From the NCBI GenBank assembly GCA_013115125.1, contig JABANN010000037.1, forward strand, positions 62,001-111,271: 49,271 bases of DNA, read 5' to 3'. Both the position numbers and the translations under genes were made by a program. Below the pieces are notes generated by a model. The model had not been told where the DNA came from and searched no databases. It saw nothing but the letters and a program-made list of their open reading frames with translations. Below are positions 23,834-36,692 of this stretch, one piece after another; position 1 is the first letter of the stretch; the number at the start of each line of letters is the position of its first letter. Source of the DNA: Perkinsus olseni. Its lineage: Eukaryota.

Positions 23834-24354
23834 TACTCAGATTACAAACCAAAAACTGCACTGGTCCATCCCGCAACTCCCTAATAGCGAGTCGCTATTC
23901 ATCTACAGTAAGTTAGTCAAGAGGGCTGTGGACCCTGATGACGGCTACAGGGACAGGTCAATGTACGCTTCTCCCTTCGCTCAGAGGACCCCTGCTTCTA
24001 ACCCTTCACCTTCCCATGAACCCTCGTCGAAAAAAACACATTCGAAGGGCCCGAGGCTGATAGGGTAACGACGACCCTACCAACGTGGAGATCAGCTCTG
24101 GCAGCTCAGACTAGCGTCGTCGCCGGCCCGGCGATGCCAAGGCACTGGAGATATTAGAATCAGCTCGGTGTTGAGTCATCAAGCTAGCGCCCGAAGGATG
24201 CCACGCTGAGGAGACGGAGCGCACCTGGCAGATCTCGCTCCAATAACGATATCTGGTCATGGACACTAACACAAGAGGGTGGCCGGGGGACACTTTACAG
24301 CATAATGTGGACTAGGGAAAGTTATCTCTGGTAGACAGTTGTTGTTGTTGCTCT

Positions 24355-25966
24355 TCATTCCTTGCTGCTCTGTACTTGCGCTTTGTACGGGTACTTCGCG
24401 TACCTGAGCATATCTTACGTCGAAGCACGGACAAGATGAGCACTCACATGTAGGTAGCAACAGCAGTAGGGGGTGCTGATAGAAGCAACTCCATCGTCAG
24501 CGGCTTGGACAGGATCACACTCCGCAAGAAGGCCGTGAAGATGATGCCCGCTATAATCGAAAAGCCTTTTTGAACCTGACCACGCTTTTACAGTAAAAGC
24601 AGACAGACCACGGCTTGTGAACTCACGCTGCCAGCATATTTAGTAACCTGACCAACGAAGATACCTCCCATGGCGGCGGTAACTATCGGTAATGAGAAGG
24701 GGTCGGATGAAGCGAAGTCCGGTGGTGGTGAGTACAGATTGGTATGAGCATGGTCCAGGTCTGTAGGGCTTGTCCAACAGCGGGTAGATGACCGTCCTTG
24801 AACAGCTCTCCAGTCGAGATGGCTATCACCGAGTACACTGCCAACTCCGCCGAGAAAAGAAAACTGAACACAAGTAGAGTCGACACGGCCGTTGCGGTGA
24901 GAAGCGTATCTTATCTTCACTCTAGGAAGATACGCAACAGCACGCGAAGCCTCGAAGCCGGCCAGGAGCTGAGAGACCCTCACCTATTCCGACTATACGT
25001 CTGCAGCGCAAGTTCAGATATCGACGCGCCCACTCCTGACAGCGCACTAGCCGCCAGGACCTAAGGGAGAGTATCAAGCAACAGCAGCAGCCACTGGACG
25101 GCCTACGCAGATGAGACCCAGTCTGGCGTTCCGCTCCCCTTCGGCTTCAGGAGGCTCAGATGCCTGACCTGCATACGAGTGAATCAACCGCAATGAATCG
25201 AACGCGACGCCCCTACCAACGCTGATCATAACAGCCGCTATGAACAGCATGCCGAGGGCTACCAGCTGCTGTCTGCTCTGTCGTTTGCCGAGGAAAAGGT
25301 ACGTCAGCAACTGCGGAGAGGTCGATGAGGAACGCAGAGGCCCCTACTGAGGTGACTACTACCGCAGTGGACAGGAGCTTGGTCTGGTTGACCAGATTGT
25401 AGACCAGCGGATCGAGGTTCTGGAATGCTATCTGGATACATATATTTTGAAGGGAGTAGCTCATGGCAGGAAGGGCAGCAGCAAGAAAACTCCCACGTAG
25501 GGTCCAACCCTGTAGAGCACTCGAGACCGAACCTGAGGATGGCGAGGGCTGGGGAGAAGGTGGGAAGCCGTACCGCACCTTCCGCAAACATAAGACCGAT
25601 CGCGAGGAAGAACTTGACAATCTCTGTTATAGTTACAATAGCCGACGATGGTATGCTCCTGATGAAGGGCCAAGTACTCCCTCCCTGCGGCGCTAACAAC
25701 TACTACTACCTCGGCGTGAAGGTAGTGGTGATAAGAGGCTGACTGCCGTACTGTAGGGCCAGCAGGGCCATGTAGAACAGGCCTCTAGGCGATATGGCTG
25801 TCCTACGCTGAGTCGAAGCTGCACCGTCAATCGACTTATCGTCTGGGGTAGATTGGCCACCATCCAGCTCGTAGGTGAGGTCCTTAGGTGTTTCCTCCTT
25901 GCCCCAGCGACGAGGCTGCAACTCTATCTCATCCTTGCGGACTGGTGAACCAAATGGCGACAACAT
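24355..25966 (-). CDS. nucleotide-sugar transporter, SLC35A (UDP-Gal/CMP-Sia transporter family), multi-exon
   Basis: Motifs LALQYGSQPL, TEIVKF, PAMSYSLQN, YNLVNQTKLLSTA, GGIFVGQVTKYAGS and KGFSII; about 10 TM helices; ends YAKYPYKAQVQSSKE*. Confidence 0.88.
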
Positions 25967-26223
25967 GGCAGCAGACAGTACCAAAACAGGAACTGCAAAG
26001 GTCAAGCTGCTAAGATACTTCTCGATAACGCAATTCGCCCAACTCACGGCGGCTGAGAAAGCTCCTTGAAGAGGCTCGGCAAATGTACTCAATAATGACA
26101 GCACTGCAACGATAATATAACAAGGTAAATAGAATACAACCGAGGGACCACTTGTGGTCGAATGTGGGGTACAATATTATGATGTCGGCGATTTATGGTA
26201 TCACATAAGAAAGACAATAGTTA

Positions 26224-28340
26224 CTAATAGCCATTATTGGCCCAGACTTCATTAGCTACTTTAACTGCAGTCGAGAGCTTGAACGGGCGAGGTAGAGGTG
26301 TATAGGGTTCCGATACTTCCATCATTACATCCGCCAAAGCTGACAAGATAAGGACACCCAGTGTGGTCGTACTAGATTCGGGAAAGCTTGATTGCACAAA
26401 AAGAATCATGACGGCCGCGAACACCCCATAAGAGCCCAATTTAGCACAATGCTAATACAGAAACGCGACAGTTCCAATATGGCAAAGAGTATCTTGACTG
26501 GAAGCGTGCTAGACAGCCAATGCCCTCCTATGCTAGACAAGTCGAGCACGTAAGAATGATCCCGGCGGCGTCCGTCCCATTATCACCATCCTTGTCTCGT
26601 GATCCCCACATAAACCATCCGCTGTCCTTATCCTCCTCTCCTCGCGACTCACGGCCTTCATCGCTCGATACGCTGTCCACTGGTCCTACCATACCGAAAG
26701 CTGCATCACAGATGGCAACCCCGACATCATCAGTGCTTCCGGATCCCGAAGAAACCTACCTTGTCGTCGGGAGTCTCCATACGTGAATCGAGAAGCCAAT
26801 GATATAAGTACAGTTGATTCGCCAGCACTCCGCGCATGCCCCGAGACCCAAAACGAGGCAGTCTGACGTTTCAATGCCCTACGGCGGGTGAGACTCGCTA
26901 CCCTTAATTTGCATAGTTCACTTCCAAACGCGAACGAGAGTGGCCAACAAACGGGCACTGGTTGGCTGGGTTGATCATAATCGCCTCAAAGAGAATACGC
27001 CGCGCCGCAAAGAGACCGCCCTCCCTCTTCCCTAGTACTACCCGATAGGCTCAGCAGGCAGCCTTCAAGCCACTTCTCTCGGCACTCCTGCCAATACTCA
27101 GCACCGTAGCGATCAGGCAGTGGGTTCACAGGCATGCTCCTCCGTGATTCAGCTAGTACTGCTGCCGCTGCCTGGGCTTCCTCCCAATCCGGCTTGTCCG
27201 AATAAAGGTCGAGCCCTACACGTATGGACTATAGCTACGGGCTCCTTCCACCCTTGATGACGGCGCCCCCTGCCGGTACCACCCTTGGTCAATTTCCCTC
27301 TGCCTCCTCCCTCATCCAATGATGATGATAACAAAACTTTAACAGCCCTGAGCTCCTCCCTCAGCGCCTTATCCTGCGGACACAACGCTATGGCCTTCCG
27401 TAAGTATCCCCTCGCCTCCAATAGAAGCTCTTCAGGATCGTTTCGACCATCACAATCTAAGACACAACAGTGGTAGCCTGTAGTCCGACTATCTCGAGCA
27501 TGTGCCCATGCCACACTACTTAGCATGCCGTTGGTCCCTGCACTTTGGTCCTCGTAAATATGGCGTAAACACAAGGCCTTCCTGACACAGCAACCCGTGG
27601 TCCATCCATGGGTAGCCAAGCCCTTCTGCTACTACCGGTAAAGGTATTTCGGATTGGCATCACAATCGTCCGCTCGACACGATGCTGATGCATCCTGCAG
27701 TACAGTAAGAGCTCCTATATAGTCGCCAAGTCGCTGCAGGCACAACGCCCAGTTGCAGCGCAGAGTCAGAATCCTGACGAAAGACGGAGCTATCATCACG
27801 TTATGTAGCAGAGCGACGCAAAAGAGGCGTTCATCGGAGGATCCCCTGGATGCGTCGTGTCCGCTGCAAGCGCTGCCCCATTTTAGTGGCCGTTGATCCA
27901 TCACAGATTATGGCCCTCTCTAAGGTCAGTACGGCCACCGCCCCATTTCAACGCTGCGACCCTTACGGTCTATTCGTCCTCTTATGGCTACTAACAAATA
28001 TAGCCCACATGATTCCCAAACGTAACAGAAGATTGTGATACCGAGTTCAAGGTAGTGAGAAGTACTCCAATGTCGGGGCGCTACAATACCACTCACTCCA
28101 CCACAAGCTAAGACACCAACACAGAACGAGGATAGAGCCACTGTTGGTGAAAGCACCGCTCCCCGCTATGCCCTAGTACATATTAGAATCCACTGCCAAC
28201 CGGCAGGCTCGTGTATAGACTTCTGCGGCCTTCTCGTACTCCCCTTGCTTGAAAAGGGTGTTGCCCTCTCGCTTGAGGTTCATCGCCTTAGTCCTAGGTG
28301 ACTCCCCAAGGGCAATCATGCGGCGCAGGAAAGCCTTCAT
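26224..28340 (-). CDS. TPR-repeat protein, multi-exon; 3' extent uncertain and may be two genes
   Basis: TPR helices AMNLKREGNTLFKQGEYEKAAEVYTRA, CNWALCLQRLGDYIGALTV, NPKYLYR-KAL and ARGYLRKAIALCPQDKALREEL. Downstream exon-like, partly hydrophobic segments continue to about 26.2 kb. Confidence 0.6.
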
Positions 28341-28631
28341 AAAGTGAAACAACTACTACCGCCACTTTCAGCTCCTACCAAACACTTCCATCGACCGTAA
28401 CAGGGCCCAACTTACCTGGAGGCCACCATACGACCCACTCACGAGTATACACTCCAACTGCTCCACCCCTCCCCGAAAGACGGGGTACCAACTCCGCACG
28501 GCAGGGAGAAGCAAGTGTTATGCAGAAACAATCAAAGGCAGATGAACGGTGTACAGAATGCGGCTGCCTTGTGAAGGTAGGATACTATACAGCAGCAGCA
28601 GCAGCACAGTGAAACAAACAGGCCCTCCACA

Positions 28632-29647
28632 CTACTCCCCGCGCCATCCACCGTAATAGTATGGCTGCTGTGGCGGCGGGGGTGAATACATCGGCGCCGC
28701 GGCTGGTGGTGCGTACGGCCCGGCAGGCTGTTGGGAGTACACAGGCTGATAGGGATTCATCGTCATCATGGGCTGGTAAGGGGGAGCGTATCCCATCGGC
28801 TGGGGCGGTGGTGGCGCCATCATCATAGGCTGTGGCTGTTGGGGTATCACTACATGACCCTGTACGATCGGTTGTGGGGGCACAATCTGAGCGATGGGAG
28901 AGGCTGTCAGTGGTGAGAATGCAGGATTAGTGTACGTACCGTAGCCTGCTGAGTAAGTATAGGCTTGGCCTCTGCTGCCATGATAGGCTGGGCCTGCACT
29001 ACAGGCTTATAGCCACCACTAGGAGTCATTTGTATCCTATTAACAACAACAACAACAACAACAACCATCATCGTTAGCGCAGCGTTTACGGAGAGATATT
29101 TGTACCACTACCACTACTGCTATCACCCTTGCGGTGGAGGGATCTACGGGTACGCCGCTATGAAGTAAAAAGGCCGTTCCTTAGCCAACAAACAAACTGC
29201 CACTTCCACTACTACCTCACATTAAGAGCTCCTGCCGGCTTATTTTTCTTTCGATAGAGCTGCAAGTCGCCCATCCAGTCGCCTCCCTTATCTGCTATTG
29301 CCGCCAGAGACACAACAGCCTCGCCGACGATGTCATCGGACGATATAGTGTCCTTATCGTACACAACAAACCGTATGACGCTCTCATTGTTATAGCGGAA
29401 GCTGAACAGCTGGTCCCATGTAGGGTACTTTCCAGCGTCCTTCTTGGTCACTGTCCGGTACCTGATTTTTCCCGATGAACCGATGCAAGTTGGGCAAGGT
29501 GTGGTATCAGTACTGTAAGGCCCCTAATATGACCAAACAATAAGGATCCATGGCTCCAAAGAGCTCAGTGTCATAGAGGTCCCTTGCATAATTCACATGA
29601 ACTGTGATAGTGGATCCAGGCCCATACTGGGATGTTGATGCTGACAT
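28632..29647 (-). CDS. C2-domain protein with Pro/Gln/Tyr-rich tail
   Basis: C2 signature ITVHVNYARDLYDTELFGAMDPYC, GKYPTWDQLFSF and VYDKDTISSDDIVGEA, with Ca-ligand Asp residues present. PPQPMGYAPPYQP tail. Confidence 0.9.
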
Positions 29648-29759
29648 GATAATATCAAAATCTAGACAACAGTAAAGCAGTGCGATGGAGTTTCGGGCGC
29701 GCGCTAATTTCCCGCGCACGTGAGCTCGCGTGCTGCGAGGGCAACACTGCCTGTCCCGT

Positions 29760-30886
29760 CTCATTACACTCCACTTCCTATCCTAGTGGCTGAAATATTC
29801 TGGTTATGCACAGAGGTCGAAGATACGTCTTCTCGACCGACTATCCCTGGAGGGGGCCAAATCCGAGTACAGGACGTGGTTGGCAGTAGTAACACCAGTG
29901 CGGTGTGACTTCATGCTCGTCCTACTTCAGAGCCGCGGATCCTACTAAATCGTCCATGCTGACGTATCCATCCTTGCTAGAGTCCTTCGCTATGCTAGCC
30001 CTGCTTCTCTTGGCTATACGCTTCGCGTTGCCCGTGTTCTCACACCTATTCAAAGTTCTCCGGCGAAGTCGCGAACCACATCCGTACGCCCCATTCGAGC
30101 TTGACGTCTGGCCGCATGACTTTCGGGCTGACGAGAGCAGGTAGGCCTCGGGGAGGAACAACTCTCGTACTGTAAGTAGACGCTATTCTGATCGCTCCCT
30201 TCAGCTGTTATTTCAAACAGTCCCGTGCTCCACCCAGGGAAGCGCTTCTCGTCGAATTTGGGTCTTGCGTGAAACTTCTCCTCCGACTCGTGGACTTCAC
30301 CTTCAGGTTCCTGATAGATAGAAGCACGTTCACTGATCACTACTCCCTTAACGCTGTTCAACTGGAGAGCCGAGGTACGCAGGCCGGGTACCTCTCCCCG
30401 GTGTCTGCATCATCATCCGAGTCCGACTTCATCAAAGTCTGAGGTCCTTTCTTATTGTTATTCAACTAATACCAACTCTAACATGATCTCTGTCAACTCA
30501 GGTGAGTGACCTTAGAAGATGGAGGTTTTGTGTTCAGTGGCGATGGTGTCCATTCTCTGATGAGCTCCCTTCGATTTGGGCTCCCGCATCTTTTCTCATA
30601 CCGCAACTGTTTGTATGTGGAGTTTATATCATCTCGGACCTCGGAGGGTCGAGGTACTATAAAATGTGCGGCGACGAGGTTCGACCTTCTCACCGTAGTA
30701 ATGTGATCGTCTTTCCCTAGTACGGCCAAGTGAGAAGGTATAACATCAGGGGTGTACGATACACCAAAACTTCCTGCACCGCTAAGATGCCAGTCTAATT
30801 CCAATTATCCGGGAACACGAACACATTCGCGGTGCCTCAGTCTGGAGGAGGTGTAGATGCAATAGTGGAAAAATAGCTGCTTTCAT
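29760..30886 (-). CDS. hypothetical multi-exon protein, possible signal peptide
   Basis: Possible start MKAAIFPLLHLHLLQTEA. Exon-like ORFs 30493-30804, 30050-30361 and 29922-30161 can be joined by short GT-AG introns. No recognised domain. Confidence 0.4.
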
Positions 30887-31032
30887 TGCTGCCGAAGACG
30901 CGCAGCATCAACTCTCCTTTCGGTTATCGCCCGCTTTGCGCTCGCCACACGGCGCATGGAGTGAAACGGTTACGAGTAAGAGAGAGGTCTAGCCCGAGGG
31001 GGAGGAATATCTTCTTGCCGTTGCAACCTGTC

Positions 31033-32859
31033 ATGACGTGGCCCGCCGACTGGAGTTCCTACCACCGTGATCGACTACAGCGATACTGCCATAACCGTGG
31101 CCGATGGGTGAACGGCCTGTGCGAGTGTTTCGACCAGTGGAAATCTCCGAGCATTTGGCACTGGCCGGATAGTATTTGGGTCAGTGCCCACTACCAAGCT
31201 CTACTGTGATACTACTCGTTCGAATACACTGCGCACCGAAGACCGTTGCTCATCCCTGTTTCAGACAATGCACGCATTGGGACGCCCCCTTACAATGGAA
31301 CGAAACGAGAAAGGAACATGTGTGGTCGGGAGGCGTATCTTACTGTAGCCATCAGGAGCCTGTGCTGCCCTTGATCATCCTGCCCTTCAGTTTGTTCTGA
31401 TATCATGAGAGGGGTGATTCCTGAGATGTCGAGAACCGCTGCGTAAGTTTGGGGAGGGCTACGCTGGTTGTTTGCGATTACCGTACTGACCGGTGCGTAT
31501 TCTTTCAAGGTGCTTCCCTGCCAACACGACACAGCACGAGTACGAGTGGTATCCATGTAGGGACGCACTGCTCTCCTCGCTGTGTGATCGTGAACACCCT
31601 CAGATCTGTTCGAGAACGTCTCCTGCCCCTACACTTGGAACCGTTTCATGCAACGTTGTGAGTGTCAAGAGGGAGCTGTATACGCCAAGCGAAACCATAT
31701 ATTCTCTACTATCCATCTTTCCCCCGATGAGTGGCACATGTACGTTCAGAATAACCCGTCTCCGTTGTGATGCCTCACCTGCCTGTTATCAGTCCCTGTC
31801 CTCGGCGGGGCACTCCCATGGCCCTACCAGAAAATGGTACGCACTGGCTCAACAGGACTGCACCACTCCCAGAGGGCTGGCCTCACACTGGTGAGTATCT
31901 CGCCATCGCCGACTTGAGTGAATATAAGGGCTCTTTCCCTCTTAGTTCCGAACTGCGCTGGTCGTGGCAACTGGTCGGAATCGCAGGGAACCTGTAATTG
32001 CGAAGAGGGTTGGATCACAGTGAGGCAGCCCGACGGAAGCTACCAGTAAGTCTGACATCAGTCGAAAGTTTCTGCGTCGTTCGGATCTGATGGTCGATGT
32101 CAGGTACTGCGCCGAGCGAGTCTCCAACTTTTCGACCACTGATAGCCCTGCGGTAGGGTCCCCGGGGATCGAGTCGTCTCTTTCGATGCCTCCGTTGTTA
32201 ATTGCTACATCATCACAGCACCTACAATGTGCTCGCTGCTCTCAGGCTTCGATACAGGGAAGTTTGGCTGAGCTCACTTCCGTTACTGAGTCGGCAAGCA
32301 GCAACGATACCCCGATGATCGTCGTGGCCATACCGTTCCTTGTCGTCATCGTCGGCCAACTCTTCGCTATACTGTGGCTGTGAGCTCCTTTCGTGGCTCT
32401 CACTCCCGACGTTCTGCACGGTCAGGGTCAAGGCACTGCGACGACAAGCCAAGGAGAATACGTCAACGGGGACTGCACAAGCGGTCCCGGGCGGAGGATC
32501 GCCAAGGTATCATTCAGGAATTCGCTGTTATTTTGGGACTCCTGCCAACCGTTTCATTGCTGTGCCGTCTCGGTTATGGAGTGCTCTCAGCCCCACCGGA
32601 GAGATCCATAACGCCTCTGCCTCCCCTCGCGGCCACCCAGCGCTCAAGTCGCCATGATGTCCTCGCTGGCATTCGCCAAGTCGCTGACGTCATCGTTCAA
32701 TTAGATGAATGCAGCACGCTAATGTTTCTCAAGATGCATCATGAAGTCCGTGTTATCTTAGCGACATGGATGCTCCGTTGCGTTGATAGTAGTGAGTATC
32801 ATAGACTATCGATCGAAGAGGAGAAGATCTCCTCGCTGTGGGTGAGCGTGCTCCTATGA
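31033..32859 (+). CDS. hypothetical Cys/Trp-rich membrane protein with an EGF-like motif, multi-exon
   Basis: EGF-like YCHNRGRWVNGLCEC; further Cys-rich exons; TM helix MIVVAIPFLVVIVGQLFAILWL followed by a basic stretch. Confidence 0.45.
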
Positions 32860-33102
32860 GGCGTAATGGCGCATCACGATCATGAGCCAAGAAAGAAAAT
32901 GACAACCGATCACATCAGATATACTCACAAGATGCAAATGTGAGGAATTAGTTGTGCTACGGGAGAACGTTAATAGCGTGCTAGGCAATACAGCAGATAC
33001 GGATGGAGATCTCGACTGTCGATCGAACTGCACCTACAAGCACACGTCCTTTCCAATTCATTCGTGTAACCACTAAGCAACTCGACTCGCATGCTCGTAA
33101 CT

Positions 33103-35588
33103 TTATGGAGGATTGGCTCTCATGCGGCAACCCAAGAATAGGTTTGTATCGGCAAAATCCCCCAGAACTTCCTGGAAAGGATTCGCTCGCATCAGCAAGT
33201 CTAGAGCGGCGCTCACCTCGATCGGACACAGGGACCTGGTTCCCGCCCCACCTCCCGACTGCGGGACCGGAATGGTGTGAGTCGCAACGACATCTCCAGA
33301 ATCTGCCCGCACCGCGAAGAGATCGCAGGTCACGTCCCGAGTGCTGCAGGAACCCGTCAGGCACAAGCCTATGTCGCCATCGGCGCTTATGGCGGCAGTG
33401 AAATAAAAGTCCTCGTCGAAGGCAGAGAACGTAGGGCTGGTCCGGAGCTCCTCACTGCAGAGTTCCTCTCGACGCATCGCCCAGAGGGCGGTCAGTGCAT
33501 CGTCACTCCTCGAGGTTGTGATCGTCCCGAAATACTCCGAGAATTCGCCCACTTGCTTCGCTGGAATCTCGTAGCGCATGGTTGTACGCTGCTGTTGATC
33601 GGCGCTCAAGCTGTCTTGTGAATCGTATCGTGGCATGTCCGACACCGAAACACCCTGCTCATCCACTCGCTCGTGGAACCGCCCCTCTGCCTCGCTTTCC
33701 ACATTGTCTCCGAACCTGGAATGATGTCTACAACTCAACTATAAAAGTACCGTTATCTTGCCTACATGGTTTCCCCATCACTTCCCCATTTATCAGACGT
33801 AGTCTTGGTACCATGATTCCTCGGTGCCTTCTGTAGAAATGCGACAGATCTTTCAATCTCATCTGATTGGGAAAAATGATGCCATGGCGACACTGTCCTC
33901 CGAGTGAAATCGTCACGAAGCATCCGGAAAATGGCTATGCTACGCCTTGGTTCTTACGAATCTTCGAGCGGATTTCTTTGACTTGCCCTTGAAGTTTCTC
34001 GACCTCCTGGGCCATAGACGACCTCCCGTCGGCGGCTTCCAGGCTCCTGTGTGGACTAGGCTGTGGTCGATCCTGGACTCCCTCGGCCAAGCTGTCATAT
34101 TTCTCGGACAGACTGACACAGGTGGCCGTCGTTCGCCGTGAAGCATTCACGTCATTATTATCGCGTCTTCACCTGGAGAACCTATCCCGTAAGTCCTTCA
34201 ACCCACGCAATTGGGAGCGTATGTCGAGACTCTCCTGGCGATGCTCACGAGTGAGCCGTTCGATCCTGTTCCGTAACTCTGCGCGTACGAGATCAACAGC
34301 TTCAGACGTGTCGCCTGGGCAAGTGAGCGGGAATCGGGGTGGAACGTTCATACGGCCCCTCCCGCCCCGACCAAATGATCAGGGATGAAGAAGAAAACGC
34401 TAGCCAACCAGCACTAAAACATAGAACTCACTGGGCTGCGTCTGCTTCTCTATGACGGCTCGGATCTCCCCTTTGAGGTATTCCAGCTCACTCTCGACCG
34501 TCGAGAGTTGTGACTAGCATGAACACCATACACGTGGCAGCGCTAGGCATCCAAGTTCCTGAGTCGAGGTAACGCTGGATGGAGAATATCTCACATCCCT
34601 GCGAGTCTGTAATATCTGGTTTTGTTGCCCCAGGTCAATCATCGTTTTGAAAGCTGCCGCGCGATGCCCTGAGCCTTCAATCAGCCCGTCTAAATCTCCT
34701 CGAACTTGCTTGAGGTCGGTCCGAAGGCCGCCGACCAGCTCGGCTGTTTCGCTAAACTGCAGGGGGTGTGATACTCCTTCGGAGAGCACTCCCCTACATG
34801 ACTGGTGAGCTTGGATTCAATGGCCGGCACCTTCGCTTTGGTCATCTCCTCTATCTCACCCTGGAGCTTCCTACATGCCTCGATGACAGGGCATGTGTCA
34901 CCGTCAGAAGAGCTGTCGCCGCAACAGCAGCAGGATCGCTCCACATGGCCTGATAAAAGCAAGTCCGTTGATAGTCAGCGGATGCTGTTACTCAATCTCG
35001 CGTTCAAGCTCTCAAACCGAGCCTCCGACTGCTGCACATCGTGCTCTCGACGCCGTGCGAGCTTAGTAGTAGTCTTTTTGATTATCTCCAGTCCTTCGAC
35101 CAGCGTGCCCATCTCAGGTAGCTGGAGAGTAACCTTACGATGATCGGATAACGGATGATTTGAAATTGAATCAATGAGATCGGCAATGTACCACTTCGCC
35201 TGCGGTTTCTGCGCTGACGGTTGTTTGGTTCCACGTAGCGAAATCGGACTCGAGTTCTGACAGCCTGTCCTTAACCTGGACAGGGGAGTAGTACGAAGTA
35301 CGATAAAATGTCAGCGGCGAGCTGACTGGAAATGAGTCACCTCCTCCGTTGCGTTTTCATGTGCTTGAAACTTGAGTTCAATATCATCGATGTATGTCCC
35401 TCGTTTATCACACTGATGTATCATCTCGAGTGCCTCGCTGAACCGTTCCTACTCATGAACTTCCCATCCAAACCTTGCTCGACCGCAGCCACCTGGAGCC
35501 AGTCAAGACGCTCCTGCTGCTCAACAACTAGTTCCTCTACGTCACGCAGGCGATCCTCCAAGGACTGCCCGCCAGAATGGCTTTGCAT
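33103..35588 (-). CDS. hypothetical coiled-coil protein with a globular C-terminal domain, multi-exon
   Basis: Heptad-rich exons MQSHSGGQSLEDRLRDVEELVVEQQERL, EACRKLQGEIEEM, LVRAELRNRIERLTREH and QEVEKLQGQVKEIRSKI; long last exon 33103-~33730. Confidence 0.55.
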
Positions 35589-35816
35589 TAAATCCTGCTG
35601 ACTCTAAATTGATTGAGTTTTTGCAATAACCAAACACCTTCGTCAAATGAATCGAAAAACGTAGCATGCCGGAAAAGTTGAGAACCGTTAACACAGTTGT
35701 GATAGACACAGCCACCATCAACTCGTCGGTCAGCAAACAGAGTTAGTAACATAGCAACATAGTCGACAGCCCGCTAAACAACTTAGAGGCAAACAAAACA
35801 TCAGACGCAGTGTACT

Positions 35817-36692
35817 TTAGCACTGGTCTTTGGACAGGCCGAGAGACATTAACCCTGCCAATGAAACATTGAGAGTATCGTTGGACTCGTCATAGGCAAT
35901 AGTCAGAGCCTGATCGAGCTGATCAGGAGTCATACCAAGTTCGTTAGCCATATCCACCATCTGGGGATCATTGTAATCAGGCTCGAAGTCCGTGCAGCCC
36001 TTCATAGTATAATCAACACCGTTGATGTTAACTAAGGGCCTCACAGTCAAGTCAAAGCTTCCATTGTCGATGGTGGCCGTACCCTTGAACATCATGTACT
36101 TTCCGCAGTACTTTCCACTAGGAGTAGCCGAACAGCTTCCACTACTGGAAGTAGTGGATGTAGAACTAGAGGGCACCGTAGTAGGAGTATCCGAAGATAC
36201 CGTAGACGGGCTCGCCGAAGGTAAGGTGGTGGATTCCGAGTACTTCCTTGTCGTCGTATCTGGAAGGGCCGTGCTAGTGGATCCATCCGAAGATCCCGTG
36301 CTTGAGCTGCTCGGAGCTAAGCTGGTAGGTAAAAAGTGTCTCCGTGTCGTCGTCTCAGAAGGGGCTGTAGTAGACTCTTCAGAAGATCCCGTAGTCGAGC
36401 TACCTGCAACTGAGGTTGTAGGGAAAAAGTGCCTCCTTGTCGTCGTAACCGAGGAAATCGTAGTGCTAGAGACGTCTGCAGGTCCAGTGGTTGTGCTCCC
36501 CATAACCGAAGCCGAAGTTGTGGACGCTTCAGTTGTAGATCCAACAGGAGATACAGTAGTGCCCTGAGCACCGGCCGTGGTAGCCACACTGGTAGAGGTG
36601 GTAGGAGCAATGGTAGTTGTCGTATCATTATCACTGCAACCAGTTAAGGACAGAGCGACGATGGCCGAAGCAATAACAGAGAAGAACTTCAT
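35817..36692 (-). CDS. secreted/surface protein: signal peptide ending LTGC, long Ser/Thr stalk, C-terminal Cys domain (family copy 1)
   Basis: MKFFSVIASAIVALSLTGC-SDND, about 165 aa mucin-like linker, then CSATPSGKYCG...C...FEPDY...SKDQC*. Intronless. Confidence 0.85.
   Translation of the reverse strand: MKFFSVIASAIVALSLTGCSDNDTTTTIAPTTSTSVATTAGAQGTTVSPVGSTTEASTTSASVMGSTTTGPADVSSTTISSVTTTRRHFFPTTSVAGSSTTGSSEESTTAPSETTTRRHFLPTSLAPSSSSTGSSDGSTSTALPDTTTRKYSESTTLPSASPSTVSSDTPTTVPSSSTSTTSSSGSCSATPSGKYCGKYMMFKGTATIDNGSFDLTVRPLVNINGVDYTMKGCTDFEPDYNDPQMVDMANELGMTPDQLDQALTIAYDESNDTLNVSLAGLMSLGLSKDQC

Noticed and set aside
23880-24300. Possible small gene between the pyroglutamyl peptidase and the sugar transporter
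   Set aside because: Only short ORFs, with no consistent splice path or motif.
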